A program made the position numbers and the translations under genes. 57,441 bases of DNA, taken from NCBI GenBank assembly GCA_963847185.1, contig CAWJYV010000009.1, positions 1 through 57,441 of the forward strand, read 5' to 3'. Positions 38,807-49,530 of the stretch are shown piece after piece. Source of the DNA: an uncultured Methanosarcinaceae archaeon (lineage in GTDB: Archaea > Halobacteriota > Methanosarcinia > Methanosarcinales > Methanosarcinaceae). Position 1 is the first letter of the stretch; each line of letters opens with the position of its first letter. Below the pieces are notes generated by a model. The model searched no databases and was not told where the DNA came from. It was given only the letters and a program-made list of their open reading frames with translations.

Positions 38807-41191
38807 TTAAAGACTGTGCATGGGCGCAAAACTATTTCCTGAGTATGTTACTGCCGATCCTGGCAGGTCAATACCCAGGGCTTCTTTCAAGACCTCTTCA
38901 ATGGTCTCTACAGGTACGAATTTAAGTTCGTTTCTGACATCTTCAGGCACATCCTCAAGATCTCTCTCGTTTTCTTTTGGCAGGATTACCTTCTTTATGC
39001 CTGCTCTGTGGGCTGCAAGAACTTTTTCTTTTATGCCGCCAACAGGCAATACGGCACCGCTTAATGTAATCTCTCCTGTCATGGCAAGTTTGGGATCAAC
39101 CGTTTTGCCGGTAATGAGAGATGTCAGGGCAGTGAAGAGTGTTACACCTGCTGAAGGGCCGTCCTTTGGAGTTGCACCTGAGGGTACATGGATATGAATG
39201 TCTCTTGAAGTGAAGTCAAAGCTGTTTGCATTTGCAAGCCTGGACCTTACAAGGCTCTGGGATATCTTTGCAGACTCTTTCATCACGTCCCCGAGCTGGC
39301 CTGTAAGCGTAAGCTTTCCGCTGCCCGGCATAAATGTGCCTTCTATGAAGAGAATGTCTCCACCTACAGGGGTCCATGCAAGGCCTGTGACTACGCCAGG
39401 GACATTCTCTTTTCTGGCCTCTTCCTGCCGGATCAGTTCTTTTCCGATGACCTCTTTGAGCATATCCGGCTTCACCACATAAGGAAGGTCAGCCTTTCCT
39501 GACACGATTTTCTCGGATACAAATCTTGCAGTCTTTGCAAGCTGTTTCTTAAGCCCTCGGACTCCTGCTTCACGGGTATATTTGTCGATGATTACCTTCA
39601 AGGCTTCGTCTTCAATTTTGAGTTTATCTGCATCAAGTCCATGCTCTTCCAGTACGTAGGGAAGCAGATGGTCTTTTGCAATTGAAAGCTTCTCGTTTTT
39701 AGTGTAGCCTGAGATCTCGATCATTTCCATTCTGTCAAGGAGAGGCCAGGGGATGCTTGCAAGGGAATTGGCAGTGGCTATGAACAATACGTCAGACAGA
39801 TCATAAGGGACTTCCAGATAGTGATCTGAGAACGAGCCATTCTGTTCGGGATCAAGGACTTCGAGAAGAGCACTTGCCGGATCTCCTGCATAGGAAGCTG
39901 AAAGCTTATCGACTTCGTCGAGGATAAACACCGGGTTCTTAGTGCCTGCTTTTCTCATACCCTGTATGATTCTTCCCGGGAGAGCTCCTACGTATGTCCG
40001 CCTGTGTCCTCTGATCTCGGCTTCGTCTTTGACACCACCAAAGCTGACTCTTACGTATTTCCTGCCAAGGGCATCTGCAATACTTTTTCCCAGACTTGTT
40101 TTACCTGTGCCCGGAGGTCCTATGAAGAGCAGGATTGAGCCCTGTTTCTCGCGTTTCAATTTCATTACCGCCAGATGCTGGATTATTCTCTCCTTAACCT
40201 TTTCAAGTCCGTTGTGATTACTCTCAAGCACACGGCGGGCTTCTGCGATATCAATACTCTTTTTCTCTTCTGTTACCCAGGGGAGATCAAGCAAGAGGTC
40301 CAGATAATTTCTGATAACATGGCTTTCAGGGTTATGGTTTCCTCCCATCTCGAGTTTCTTTAACTCTGCCAGTGCCTTTTTCTTTACCTCATCAGACATC
40401 TTCGAGTTTTCAATTCTCTCCCTGTATCCAATCTCCTCGGAATCGGAACCCTCACTTTCATTGAGTTCATCCTGGATTACTTTGAGCTGCTCCCGCAGCA
40501 GAGCTTCTCTATGAGACTTACTTATTTTATCGGACACTTTTTTTGCCACTTCTACCTGGATGTTGATATTTTCTTTTTGCTTTGTCAGGATGTAAAGAAA
40601 CGTCAAATAACGCTCACGAACAGAAATGATCTCCAGAAGGTTCTGTTTTTCTGCAAGATTTATCGGCATAAAGGGCATAACATATCCCATCACCTGGTCA
40701 ATGGAATCCATCTTCTCTAGTGGCCGGGTAAACTGTTCAGAGCCCTGGAAACGGTTGCTGATATCACGAACTGTCTTTTTTACATCCGCCATGATTTCTT
40801 CCTGGAAATCTTCATCTAGATCAGGAATATCAGACACAGGTTCATATTCAGCATAGAATATTCCATCTCTTTTGTTCAGGGAAACAGCCTCAACTCTCTG
40901 AGTAGCCTTTGCAGAAATCAGATATCCATCATCAGCAGGCTGCACAAATGTTACTTTAAGCAAATTTCCGATCTTATACAGATCGTCTTCTGATAGATCT
41001 GAGAGTTTTATCCCGCTTTTTACTGTCAGTCCTATTGCATATGTGGATTCACCGTTCTCCATTTCAGTTAAGAGTAATTCTCCTGTGGTTTTGTCAGCCA
41101 GGAATTTTGTCCGGCTTTTGGGGTAAATCACTATGTCAAAGAGCGGTATTATGAGACTATCCCGGTTATCATGAGTTTGTTTTGAATACAT
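38807..41191 (-). CDS. lon: ATP-dependent protease La (bacterial LonA type)
   Basis: N-domain, [36 protein letters not shown]. Confidence 0.95.
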   Translation of the reverse strand: MYSKQTHDNRDSLIIPLFDIVIYPKSRTKFLADKTTGELLLTEMENGESTYAIGLTVKSGIKLSDLSEDDLYKIGNLLKVTFVQPADDGYLISAKATQRVEAVSLNKRDGIFYAEYEPVSDIPDLDEDFQEEIMADVKKTVRDISNRFQGSEQFTRPLEKMDSIDQVMGYVMPFMPINLAEKQNLLEIISVRERYLTFLYILTKQKENINIQVEVAKKVSDKISKSHREALLREQLKVIQDELNESEGSDSEEIGYRERIENSKMSDEVKKKALAELKKLEMGGNHNPESHVIRNYLDLLLDLPWVTEEKKSIDIAEARRVLESNHNGLEKVKERIIQHLAVMKLKREKQGSILLFIGPPGTGKTSLGKSIADALGRKYVRVSFGGVKDEAEIRGHRRTYVGALPGRIIQGMRKAGTKNPVFILDEVDKLSASYAGDPASALLEVLDPEQNGSFSDHYLEVPYDLSDVLFIATANSLASIPWPLLDRMEMIEISGYTKNEKLSIAKDHLLPYVLEEHGLDADKLKIEDEALKVIIDKYTREAGVRGLKKQLAKTARFVSEKIVSGKADLPYVVKPDMLKEVIGKELIRQEEARKENVPGVVTGLAWTPVGGDILFIEGTFMPGSGKLTLTGQLGDVMKESAKISQSLVRSRLANANSFDFTSRDIHIHVPSGATPKDGPSAGVTLFTALTSLITGKTVDPKLAMTGEITLSGAVLPVGGIKEKVLAAHRAGIKKVILPKENERDLEDVPEDVRNELKFVPVETIEEVLKEALGIDLPGSAVTYSGNSFAPMHSL

Positions 41192-41274
41192 TGTTAGCCT
41201 TCTCGATTATTCTTTCAATCTTTGTGTCGATTATTTAGTTTTAATTGACCTAACTATTTGGCCGGACAAAAAAA

Positions 41275-41694
41275 TTACCTTATTTTCCCTAGAATATCAA
41301 TAAGGGCGTCCATATCGTCGTCGTCCAGAGAGTCTGCAACCTTCTCGATAAGTTTCATCAGAGCTCTATTTTCGGCACGTGCTATCATCTGCCCTTTTTC
41401 GGTTAGACGAATGTAATAGATTCTTCCGTCATCTGGAGATTTTTCTCTACACACACAATCCATTTTGACGAATTTATTAATCATCTCTGTAATTGTGGGT
41501 TTTGAGTTTCTGGTGATCCTGGCAAGCCTGCTGAATGTTACTTCTTCGTATTCATCAATGGCTTTTAGATATCCGATTTGCTTTACGGTAATATCCGACA
41601 ACCCGCACTCAGAAAAGATCTCACAAGAGCATTCGCTTTTGATTTTAACCAGCTTTTCAAAAACTATGAATAAATGCTCTTTTTTCTCCATCAT
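41275..41694 (-). CDS. MarR family transcriptional regulator
   Basis: SKPTITEMINK..DGRIYYIRLTEKG; upstream of lon. Confidence 0.88.
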   Translation of the reverse strand: MMEKKEHLFIVFEKLVKIKSECSCEIFSECGLSDITVKQIGYLKAIDEYEEVTFSRLARITRNSKPTITEMINKFVKMDCVCREKSPDDGRIYYIRLTEKGQMIARAENRALMKLIEKVADSLDDDDMDALIDILGKIR

Positions 41695-41724
41695 TTTTAG
41701 TCCCTATTCAGTTACACCCGTTAG

Positions 41725-41739
41725 TTAGGGTTTACCTAA
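41725..41739. promoter_or_regulatory. Candidate MarR operator
   Basis: TTAGG-N5-CCTAA between a minus-strand TATA-like sequence and the marR start. Confidence 0.4.
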
Positions 41740-41966
41740 GTATATAGTTTTCGGTGGTATCGAGTCTTAATACTTATCAAATTTTTCAGATTCCCTTATT
41801 CCCCTAATTCTTCTGTTTCCCCTATTCGTTTCCTGATTTTTTCCATTCTTTTGCTTCTCCTGCGTTTTTTGCTGAATTCTGGGTTTTAAGAAAAAGAATT
41901 TTTCGACAGGTTTGAGTTTCAGAAGTTGGCGATTATTTTAATAATATCAGTGTATAATACAAGCGC

Positions 41967-42593
41967 ATGCCCTCCGAGTCTCAAAGGGACGAGGATGATT
42001 ACGAGTCTCGATATATAGACAAGTACCTGAGCGAATATGCAAGTATTTCGTCAATTGTACGCGAGGCGTTGCCTTTTGAACTTATTGCTACTGTGGGAGG
42101 AGTCTTTGCAGGAGTTATTTTTGCAGGGATGACAAAAGAACTTGAGATGATTCCCGGACTGATTGTGATTTATCCCGGAGTGCTTGGGCTCAGGGGTAAC
42201 ATTTCCTCAACTCTTGGCTCAAGGCTTGGCAGTGCAATCCATATGGGCCTTATTACCGGATTCGACAGGCACAACCCGGAACTTACCAATAATATCTCAG
42301 GTTCTCTTATTCTTAGTTTCATAACGGCTATCCTGCTCGGATTTCTAGGGCATTTCATGACCCTTGCTTTCGGCTTTGAAAGTGCAGGAGCGTTTAAACT
42401 TATCCTTATCTGCGTAATTTCAGCGATGTCGTCTGCAGTAATCCTCTCTTTTGTTGCAGTCCTGCTCGCTATAGGGATGTTCAGATTTGGTTTTGATCCC
42501 GATAACGTTGTTACTCCCTCTATTGCCACAATTGGAGACATTGTTTCCATGCTTATGCTTTTTCTCTCGGCAAAACTGGTGGTGATGTTTTGA
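41967..42593 (+). CDS. MgtE/SLC41-type divalent cation transporter, half 1
   Basis: LRGNISSTLGSRL, DPDNVVTPSIATIGD. Confidence 0.85.
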   Translation: MPSESQRDEDDYESRYIDKYLSEYASISSIVREALPFELIATVGGVFAGVIFAGMTKELEMIPGLIVIYPGVLGLRGNISSTLGSRLGSAIHMGLITGFDRHNPELTNNISGSLILSFITAILLGFLGHFMTLAFGFESAGAFKLILICVISAMSSAVILSFVAVLLAIGMFRFGFDPDNVVTPSIATIGDIVSMLMLFLSAKLVVMF

Positions 42594-43168
42594 AAAAGAC
42601 TGGAAGTCAGACTTCATACTATACAGTTAATGGGATTGTACGGCGTGGACTTCCTGTACTTTTGATCACCTGTGTAATGGGGATTTTTGTTGGACAGATT
42701 CTGAACACAAGAGAAAGTAGCCTTATTTCCATGCCTGCAATACTGATCCTTATTCCTTCACTTATCAAGATTGGAGGAGATACCGGAAGTATGCTTGGCG
42801 CAAGACTTTCTTCGGCTTTCCATATGGGGCTTGTAGACAACTTTCGAAGGAACCCGGTTGTAAACAACAGTGTTATTGCGGCTTCAATCGTGGGTTTCGT
42901 TTCATCGATTTCTGTCAGCATCCTGGTCTTTCTGGCAAGCAAAATTCTGGGATTCGGGATGCCTTTCCTGATCCTTTTGAAAATCAGTCTTATAGCTGTT
43001 ATTATAGAACTTTCCTTTGTATACTCTGCAACAATTGCGATTTCCTTTGCTTCTCACCGCTTCGGGATAGACCCCGATGATACTGTTATCCCTTTAATAG
43101 CGAGCCTTGGAGACCTTGTAGGAGTTAGTGGAATTCTCGTAGCTCTACATCTACTGCATATCTTATAA
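42590..43168 (+). CDS. MgtE/SLC41-type divalent cation transporter, half 2
   Basis: GGDTGSMLGARLS, DPDDTVIPLIASLGD. Confidence 0.85.
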   Translation: MKKTGSQTSYYTVNGIVRRGLPVLLITCVMGIFVGQILNTRESSLISMPAILILIPSLIKIGGDTGSMLGARLSSAFHMGLVDNFRRNPVVNNSVIAASIVGFVSSISVSILVFLASKILGFGMPFLILLKISLIAVIIELSFVYSATIAISFASHRFGIDPDDTVIPLIASLGDLVGVSGILVALHLLHIL

Positions 43169-43301
43169 GTAATATCAGCATTGGAAATCAAACTTAGTAA
43201 TTCCTGAAAGCTCTTAAATTTCGGAATAATTCAAAAATCAATAATTACTATGAAGTATATACTCATACGCACCGACATAAGGTAGAGTTGATCTAGAGAC
43301 C

Positions 43302-44501
43302 ATGTTCCCTAAAGAATTCAGATACAGTCCAAGAAACCTCAAGGATCTTTTGACTGAGATGAAGGATACTTCCGAACTCATGGTAGACCTTGCATACTCT
43401 GCAGTGATCTATGATGACGAGGACATTGCAGAAGAAGTACTTAATCTTGAAGACAAGATGGATACCCTTGATTATCATATGAAGATGGCCGCGATGTTAA
43501 CAACGCGCAGGGTTGACGAAGCTGAAGGACTTCTTGGAGTTTTGGGAGTTGCGGCGTCTTCGGAAAACATCGCAAATGCCGCAGGGGATATCGCCAAAAT
43601 AGTTCTTATGAATATGGGCATCCCGATGGAATTGAAGGTAGCTCTCAGGGAAGCGGAAGAAACCGTAGTCAGGGCAACAGTTGCTTCAGAATCCTTAATG
43701 GTAGGGCGCACCCTTGGAGACCTCGAACTCGATATCGAAACTGGTATGTGGGTTATTGCTATCCGGAGAAATGAAGATTGGATTTATGACCCTGACCAGG
43801 AAACCCGTCTCCGCCAGGGAGATGTTTTGATTGCCAGAGGACACGATGAGGGAGTTCCGCTGTTTTTCGAAATGGCCACGACAAGAAAATTCATTCCAAA
43901 AGAAATAGAGCACAATAAAGTCCTGAAAGACCTTCAACATGCTGTGGATATCATCGTGGACATGAAGAATATGTCCGAACTATCCGTAGGGCTTGCATAC
44001 TCTGCTATCCTTTTTGATAACGAGGATATTGCCTATGAGGTCAGTGCTCTTGAGTCGGAAATGGACTCAATGAAGTATGAACTTCAGCATTGGGTGCTTG
44101 AGACTGCAAAACATGTAGAAGATGTAAACATGCTAAGGGGAATCCTGCACCTTGCAAGTGCCTCTGAAGCTATTTCCGATGCAGCCTACGGAATTGCAGA
44201 TACCGTGCTCAGAGATATCGAACTCCACCCGATTATCACTCTTGCAGTCCGAAATTCCGAAGAGGTTATCACAAGGCTCCAGGTTGAAAAGTGTTCTCCG
44301 ATAGTCGGGAAAAACTTTTCCGAGCTTAAGCTTGAGACTGAAACAGGGTTGCATGTGATGGCAATCAAGAGGGCTGAGCGGTGGGTATATGCTCCCAAGG
44401 GCAATACAATTGTCCAGGCAGGAGATACGCTTATTGCACGCGGTTCGCGGATCGGAGAAGGGGCACTTATAGAGCTATGCGAATGCAAACTACGTGAGTA
44501 A
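43302..44501 (+). CDS. PhoU + TrkA-C (RCK-C) domain protein
   Basis: Two repeats of MKxxSELxVxLAYSA, each followed by a TrkA-C segment (ETGxxVxAIxR). Confidence 0.82.
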   Translation: MFPKEFRYSPRNLKDLLTEMKDTSELMVDLAYSAVIYDDEDIAEEVLNLEDKMDTLDYHMKMAAMLTTRRVDEAEGLLGVLGVAASSENIANAAGDIAKIVLMNMGIPMELKVALREAEETVVRATVASESLMVGRTLGDLELDIETGMWVIAIRRNEDWIYDPDQETRLRQGDVLIARGHDEGVPLFFEMATTRKFIPKEIEHNKVLKDLQHAVDIIVDMKNMSELSVGLAYSAILFDNEDIAYEVSALESEMDSMKYELQHWVLETAKHVEDVNMLRGILHLASASEAISDAAYGIADTVLRDIELHPIITLAVRNSEEVITRLQVEKCSPIVGKNFSELKLETETGLHVMAIKRAERWVYAPKGNTIVQAGDTLIARGSRIGEGALIELCECKLRE

Positions 44502-44664
44502 ATCACGTAAATAAAACCATAGAACTCGTATTTTGCTTCCGTAACTGATCGTTCTTCCTTTTTACTTTAGCTAAAACATAGGTTAATTTTCTGTAAATAG
44601 GCTACCTCTTCATGAAAAATACGATCCTGCATAAGGCGGTATGTAAACCCTATTTTCCAGCTTT

Positions 44665-44880
44665 TTGGTCATAATCATTATGAGGTTGATGTTTTCAGGA
44701 TTTTTTTTCCAGTACTAGAATAGGATTTCCAGTACTGGAAATCCTATCTTTTGTGAATCAAAGCATATTTACCATAGCTTCATGAATTGCCTTACAGAAT
44801 TACAAAAAGGATATGATACGACATTAAGAGTGGTTTTGGAAATAACATCTAACAACTTAACAGTGCAATACCAGAACTTT
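44665..44880. repeat. Diverged direct repeat, left of the R-M locus
   Basis: Shares ATGTTTTCAGGATT, TTTTGTGAATCAAA and TTAAGAGTGGTTTTGGAAATAACATC with 53445-53770. Confidence 0.75.
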
Positions 44881-45798
44881 AGGTGCTTCTGTAGGTGTTT
44901 CGGTATTATTCGGTTGATATTATTCTGAATCCGACCCTGGAAGCTTTTGTTTTCGACTCTGCTCTTTGGAGTGTTGAACTTGTCTCTTCTGCAACACAAA
45001 AAGTAGCAGATGAATTCATACTGTTACCAGAATATGTAACCAGAATATGTAACCAGAATAAATTGAGTTCAGAACAATCTTCCCTATCTGAAGAATAATT
45101 TTCTTGACATATGGGACTTCATAAAAATTCACATTTAAATATGAGCGCCTCCGCCAGCTTGTCTGGCGGCCCTGCAAAAGAAGCGGAAAAAGGAAAAAGA
45201 AGCAGAAAGTTATCATTTTCTCATCTCACTTTTATATGTTAGTTCCTTGAAGGTGGAGTCCCGGTTTTTTTATTTGCGGGGTAATTTATATTCTTGGCAT
45301 GAAATTACTTTCGATTACTTTCATTATTTGTGCCTGATATTCAAAGAATTTCATGTGAGTTTTTTCTCTTTTTGGGAATGACCGCTCTCCTGCGTCGAGC
45401 GTGACAAGAACGACACAGTATGGCGAATATGGGTGTATGGGCCAAAATTCAGGAGTGGAAGTCATACTTGCTTTTTTTCAAAAATATCAAACATGTAAAG
45501 GTGGAAGACCAAACTTTAGAATAAGCAAAAAAACCCGTAAATTATAGCTGTTCTGATGAAATGAACAAATTTATTACTTTTTGCTGTTATCTTTGGGTAG
45601 TTACTTTAACAAGAAGATAAGTATGCATGAACCAAAACAGGAAAGTACATTCCAACCTACGTAGGGAACTCAGAAGATAAGAAATATAACATAACCGTTG
45701 TTCCTAACTTCTTAATTAGTTAATATTTTCAACCTGCTGACGCTCGATTTCATATTCAGCCGATAACCTCAAAGTAAACATTCACTGATGGTATAAAA

Positions 45799-48208
45799 AT
45801 GGCTCTTAAAAAATCCGAACTTTACTCTTCCCTCTGGTCCAGTTGTGACGAACTGCGCGGTGGAATGGATGCCAGCCAGTACAAGGACTATGTGCTCGTT
45901 TTTCTCTTTATCAAATATGTTAGCGATAAATATGCCGGTGTGCCCTTTGCCTCTATCAGCAGTCCCGGAAGGTGCAAGCTTCAAGGATATGGTTGCACTC
46001 AAAGGCAAACCAGATATTGGCGATCAAATCAACAAGAAAATAATTGGTCCGCTTGTCAACGCCAACAAGCAGCTGTCCAATTCCGACATGCCGGACTTCA
46101 ATGATCGCTAACAAGCTTGGCAGCGGTAAGGAACAGGTGGAAAGGCTTACCAATCTCATTGCGATTTTCGAAAATCCTGCCCTTGATTTCTCGAAGAATC
46201 GTGCCGAAGGTGACGATATCCTAGGTGATGCTTACGAATACCTGATGCGTCACTTCGCAACTGAAAGTGGAAAAAGTAAAGGGCAGTTTTATACTCCTGC
46301 CGAAGTCAGCCGGAGTTATAGCAAAATACTTGGAATCCGCAAGGCCAGATACTACAAATTCCACCACAGCTTATGATCCTACATGCGGCTCCGGTTCTCT
46401 GCTTTTAAAGGTTGCAGACTGAAGCGAGAACGAGGATAACCCTATACGGCCAGGAAAAAGACGCAGCTACATCCGGTCTTGCCCGTATGAACATGATTCT
46501 GCATAATAACCCTGAGGCACTTATCATACAGGGCAATACTCTTGCAGATCCCAAATTCAAGGATGGTGAAACGCTCAAGACCTTTGACTACGTTGTCGCC
46601 AATCCTCCTTTCAGTGATAAGCGCTGGAGCACTGGCCTGGACCCGCTTAAAGATCCTTACGACCGTTTCAAGCCCTTTGGGGTTCCGCCTGCCAAGCAGG
46701 GAGATTATGCTTATCTTTTGCACATAGTACGCTCACTCAAAAGTACGGGTAAAGGAGCCTGCATTCTGCCTCACGGCGTGCTGTTCCGTGGCAATTCCGA
46801 AGCTGAGATCCGCCGTTCCCTCGTGCGTAAGGGCTACATCAAGGGAATTATAGGCCTGCCAGCCAACCTTTTCTACGGCACGGGCATTCCGGCCTGTATT
46901 GTTGTTATCGACAAGGAGGAAGCTCAAAATCGCAAGGGCATTTTTATGATCGATGCCAGTGCGGGTTTTATGAAGGACGGTCCCAAGAACCGCCTCCGTG
47001 CTCAGGACATCCACAAGATAGTGGATGTTTTCTCCAGGCAGGCTGAGGTCCCGAAATATTCGCGGATGGTCAGCTTTGAGGAGATAGAGAAGAATGAGTT
47101 CAACCTCAACCTTCCGCGCTATATCGACAGCCAGCAGGCTGAGGATCTTCAGGATATCGAAGGCCACCTGCATGGGGGCATTCCCTGTGCTGATGTCGAT
47201 GCCCTCGAGCGTTACTGGGATGTCTGTCCGCAGCTTCAGCAGGCTCTGTTTAAAGAGAAACGCCCTGGCTATCTGGACCTTGCTGTGGACAAGACAGCCA
47301 TCAAATCCACCATCTACGAGCATCCAGAGTTTGCCGCTTTCATTGCTGGCATGAATACACATTTCGCTGCCTGGAGTTCGAAAACTTCTGCTATGCTTCG
47401 GCAGCTACAGGTCGACTGCCACCCAAAGGAAATCATAGCCGAGCTATCTGAAGACCTGCTTGTTCACTATGCAGGCAAGCCACTCATCAACCAGTATGAT
47501 GTTTATCAGCATCTGATGGACTTCTGGGAGGAAACGATGCAGGACGACTGTTACCTCATTGCAGATGAGGGATGGAAAGCTAAGACCTCCAGCATTGTCG
47601 AGAAGGACAAAAAAGGAAAAGAGAAGGTCAAGGGCTGGACCTGCGATCTCGTGCCAAAGCCTCTCATCGTTAACCGCTTCTTCTCAAAAGAGCAGGAGGC
47701 TATAGATAAACTCGCCTCTGAGCTGGAAAGCATTACCGCCAGCATAACCGAGCTAGAAGAGGAAAATGGCGGAGAAGAAGGTGCTTTTTCCGAACTTGAC
47801 AAAGTAAATAAGGCTAACGTTAGTTCCCGCCTGAAGGAGATAAAAGGCGATAGAGAAGCAAAGGATGAAGCTGCTGTCCTTAACGACTGGCTGAAACTCG
47901 CAAACGAGGAAGCAGACCTTAAGAGACGCCTTAAGGAAGCCGAAACTGTCCTCGATTCAAAAGCCTGCAACTATTATCCCAGGCTCACCGAGGATGATAT
48001 TAAAACACTGGTCGTGGAAGATAAATGGCTCTCTGCACTGGATTCTGCCATTCACGGCGAGATGGACCGTATCAGCCAATCTCTTACCCAGCGCGTGAAA
48101 GAACTTGCCGAACGCTACGAAACCCCTATGCCTCAGATGACCGACCGCGTGGACGAGCTGGAGGCAAAAGTGAACCGGCATCTGGAAAGGATGGGATTCA
48201 AATTATGA
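45799..48208 (+). CDS. hsdM: Type I R-M methyltransferase subunit, frameshifted in this sequence
   Basis: LWSSCDELRGGMD, GQFYTP, YDPTCGSGSLL (in an untracked frame ~46349-46420), NPPF; four net +1 shifts between ~45958 and ~46420. Confidence 0.88.
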
Positions 48209-49530
48209 ACGCAGAATGCAGCACCGGTAATATCCCCCCCGGCTACAAACAGACTGAGGTGGGGGTGATTCCGGAGGATTGGGGCCCTGTGACGATTGGT
48301 GATATCGCCATCAAAGTTGGCAGTGGCATCACACCTAGAGGAGGGAATAGTAACTACAAGGAATATGGCAGGCCATTCGTCCGAAGTCAGAACGTTGGTT
48401 GGGGAATACTTCTACTTACTGATTTAGTCTACATAGACAATGATACGCACAAAAGTTTCTCCTCGACTGAACTGCGGCAGGGAGATGTTCTCTTGAACAT
48501 CACTGGTGCCTCAATTGGTCGTAGCGCAATCGCTGATGCATGTTTGGCTGGAGGAAATGTAAATCAGCATGTCTGTATAATTAGAACAGACGCCACAGAA
48601 ATTGACACCCGTTTCCTCAACTTCATCTTACTTTCGGCTCAAGGACAACGGCAGATAGACAGTTTTCAAGCTGGAGGTAATCGCGAAGGACTTAACTTTG
48701 GCCAGATTCGTTCCATCAGACTTTCCCTCCCACCCACCAAAGCCGAACAAGAATCCATCGTTGAGGCACTCTCGGATACTGATGCCCTCATCGAATCCCT
48801 TGAGCAGCTCATTGCCAAGAAACACCAGATCAAACAGGGCGTCATGCAGGAGTTGCTGACTGGTAAGAGAAGGCTGCCGGGATTTGAAGTAAAACAAGGT
48901 TACAAACAAACCGAAGTTGGGGTAATCCCAGAGGATTGGGAAGTAAAGCCACTTCACGCGCTAGCTGACAAGATTATGGTGGGGATAGCAAGCGCAGCCA
49001 CACATGCCTATAGAGATCGGGGCATTGTCATGTTCCGAAATCAAAACATTAAGCCAAACTACCTTGATGACTCGGATGTTCTTTATCTTGCTGAAGATTA
49101 TGAAGCAAATTTCAGAAATAAACGTCTCCGGTCGGGAGATCTGCTGACTGCAAGAACAGGATATCCTGGTACAACAAGCATTGTACCTAATAATTATGAA
49201 GGCTCACAGAGCTTCACGACACTGATTACTCGCCCGCGTCTTGATATTGTTGATTCAACATATTTATGTTATTTCATTAATTCGGAAGCAGGCCAAGCTT
49301 ACTTCGAGCAGAACCAAATTGGTGGTGGGCAGAAGAACGTTAACGCTGGTTCTCTTAAATATCTCCCAGTTACTCTCCCACCTATCAAAGTCGAACAAAC
49401 CGCCATTGCATCTATCCTTTCCGACATGGACTCTGAAATCACCGTGCTGGAAGAAAAGCTTGCCAAAGCCCGTCAGATCAAGCAGGGTATGATGCAGGAA
49501 CTGCTTACAGGGAGGATTAGATTGATATGA
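48205..49530 (+). CDS. hsdS: Type I R-M specificity subunit
   Basis: Duplicated GYKQTEVGVIPEDW and KQGxMQELLTG flanking two TRDs; ATGA overlap with hsdM. Confidence 0.93.
   Translation: MNAECSTGNIPPGYKQTEVGVIPEDWGPVTIGDIAIKVGSGITPRGGNSNYKEYGRPFVRSQNVGWGILLLTDLVYIDNDTHKSFSSTELRQGDVLLNITGASIGRSAIADACLAGGNVNQHVCIIRTDATEIDTRFLNFILLSAQGQRQIDSFQAGGNREGLNFGQIRSIRLSLPPTKAEQESIVEALSDTDALIESLEQLIAKKHQIKQGVMQELLTGKRRLPGFEVKQGYKQTEVGVIPEDWEVKPLHALADKIMVGIASAATHAYRDRGIVMFRNQNIKPNYLDDSDVLYLAEDYEANFRNKRLRSGDLLTARTGYPGTTSIVPNNYEGSQSFTTLITRPRLDIVDSTYLCYFINSEAGQAYFEQNQIGGGQKNVNAGSLKYLPVTLPPIKVEQTAIASILSDMDSEITVLEEKLAKARQIKQGMMQELLTGRIRLI

Noticed and set aside
41865-41880. TTTTGCTGAA half-site upstream of the MgtE genes
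   Set aside because: Lacks the upstream TTTTGCNGCAAAA palindrome at 41 bp; likely chance in AT-rich DNA
45026-45060. 13-bp tandem repeat ACCAGAATATGTA and nearby short ORFs
   Set aside because: Under three copies; the ORFs lack RBS or family motifs
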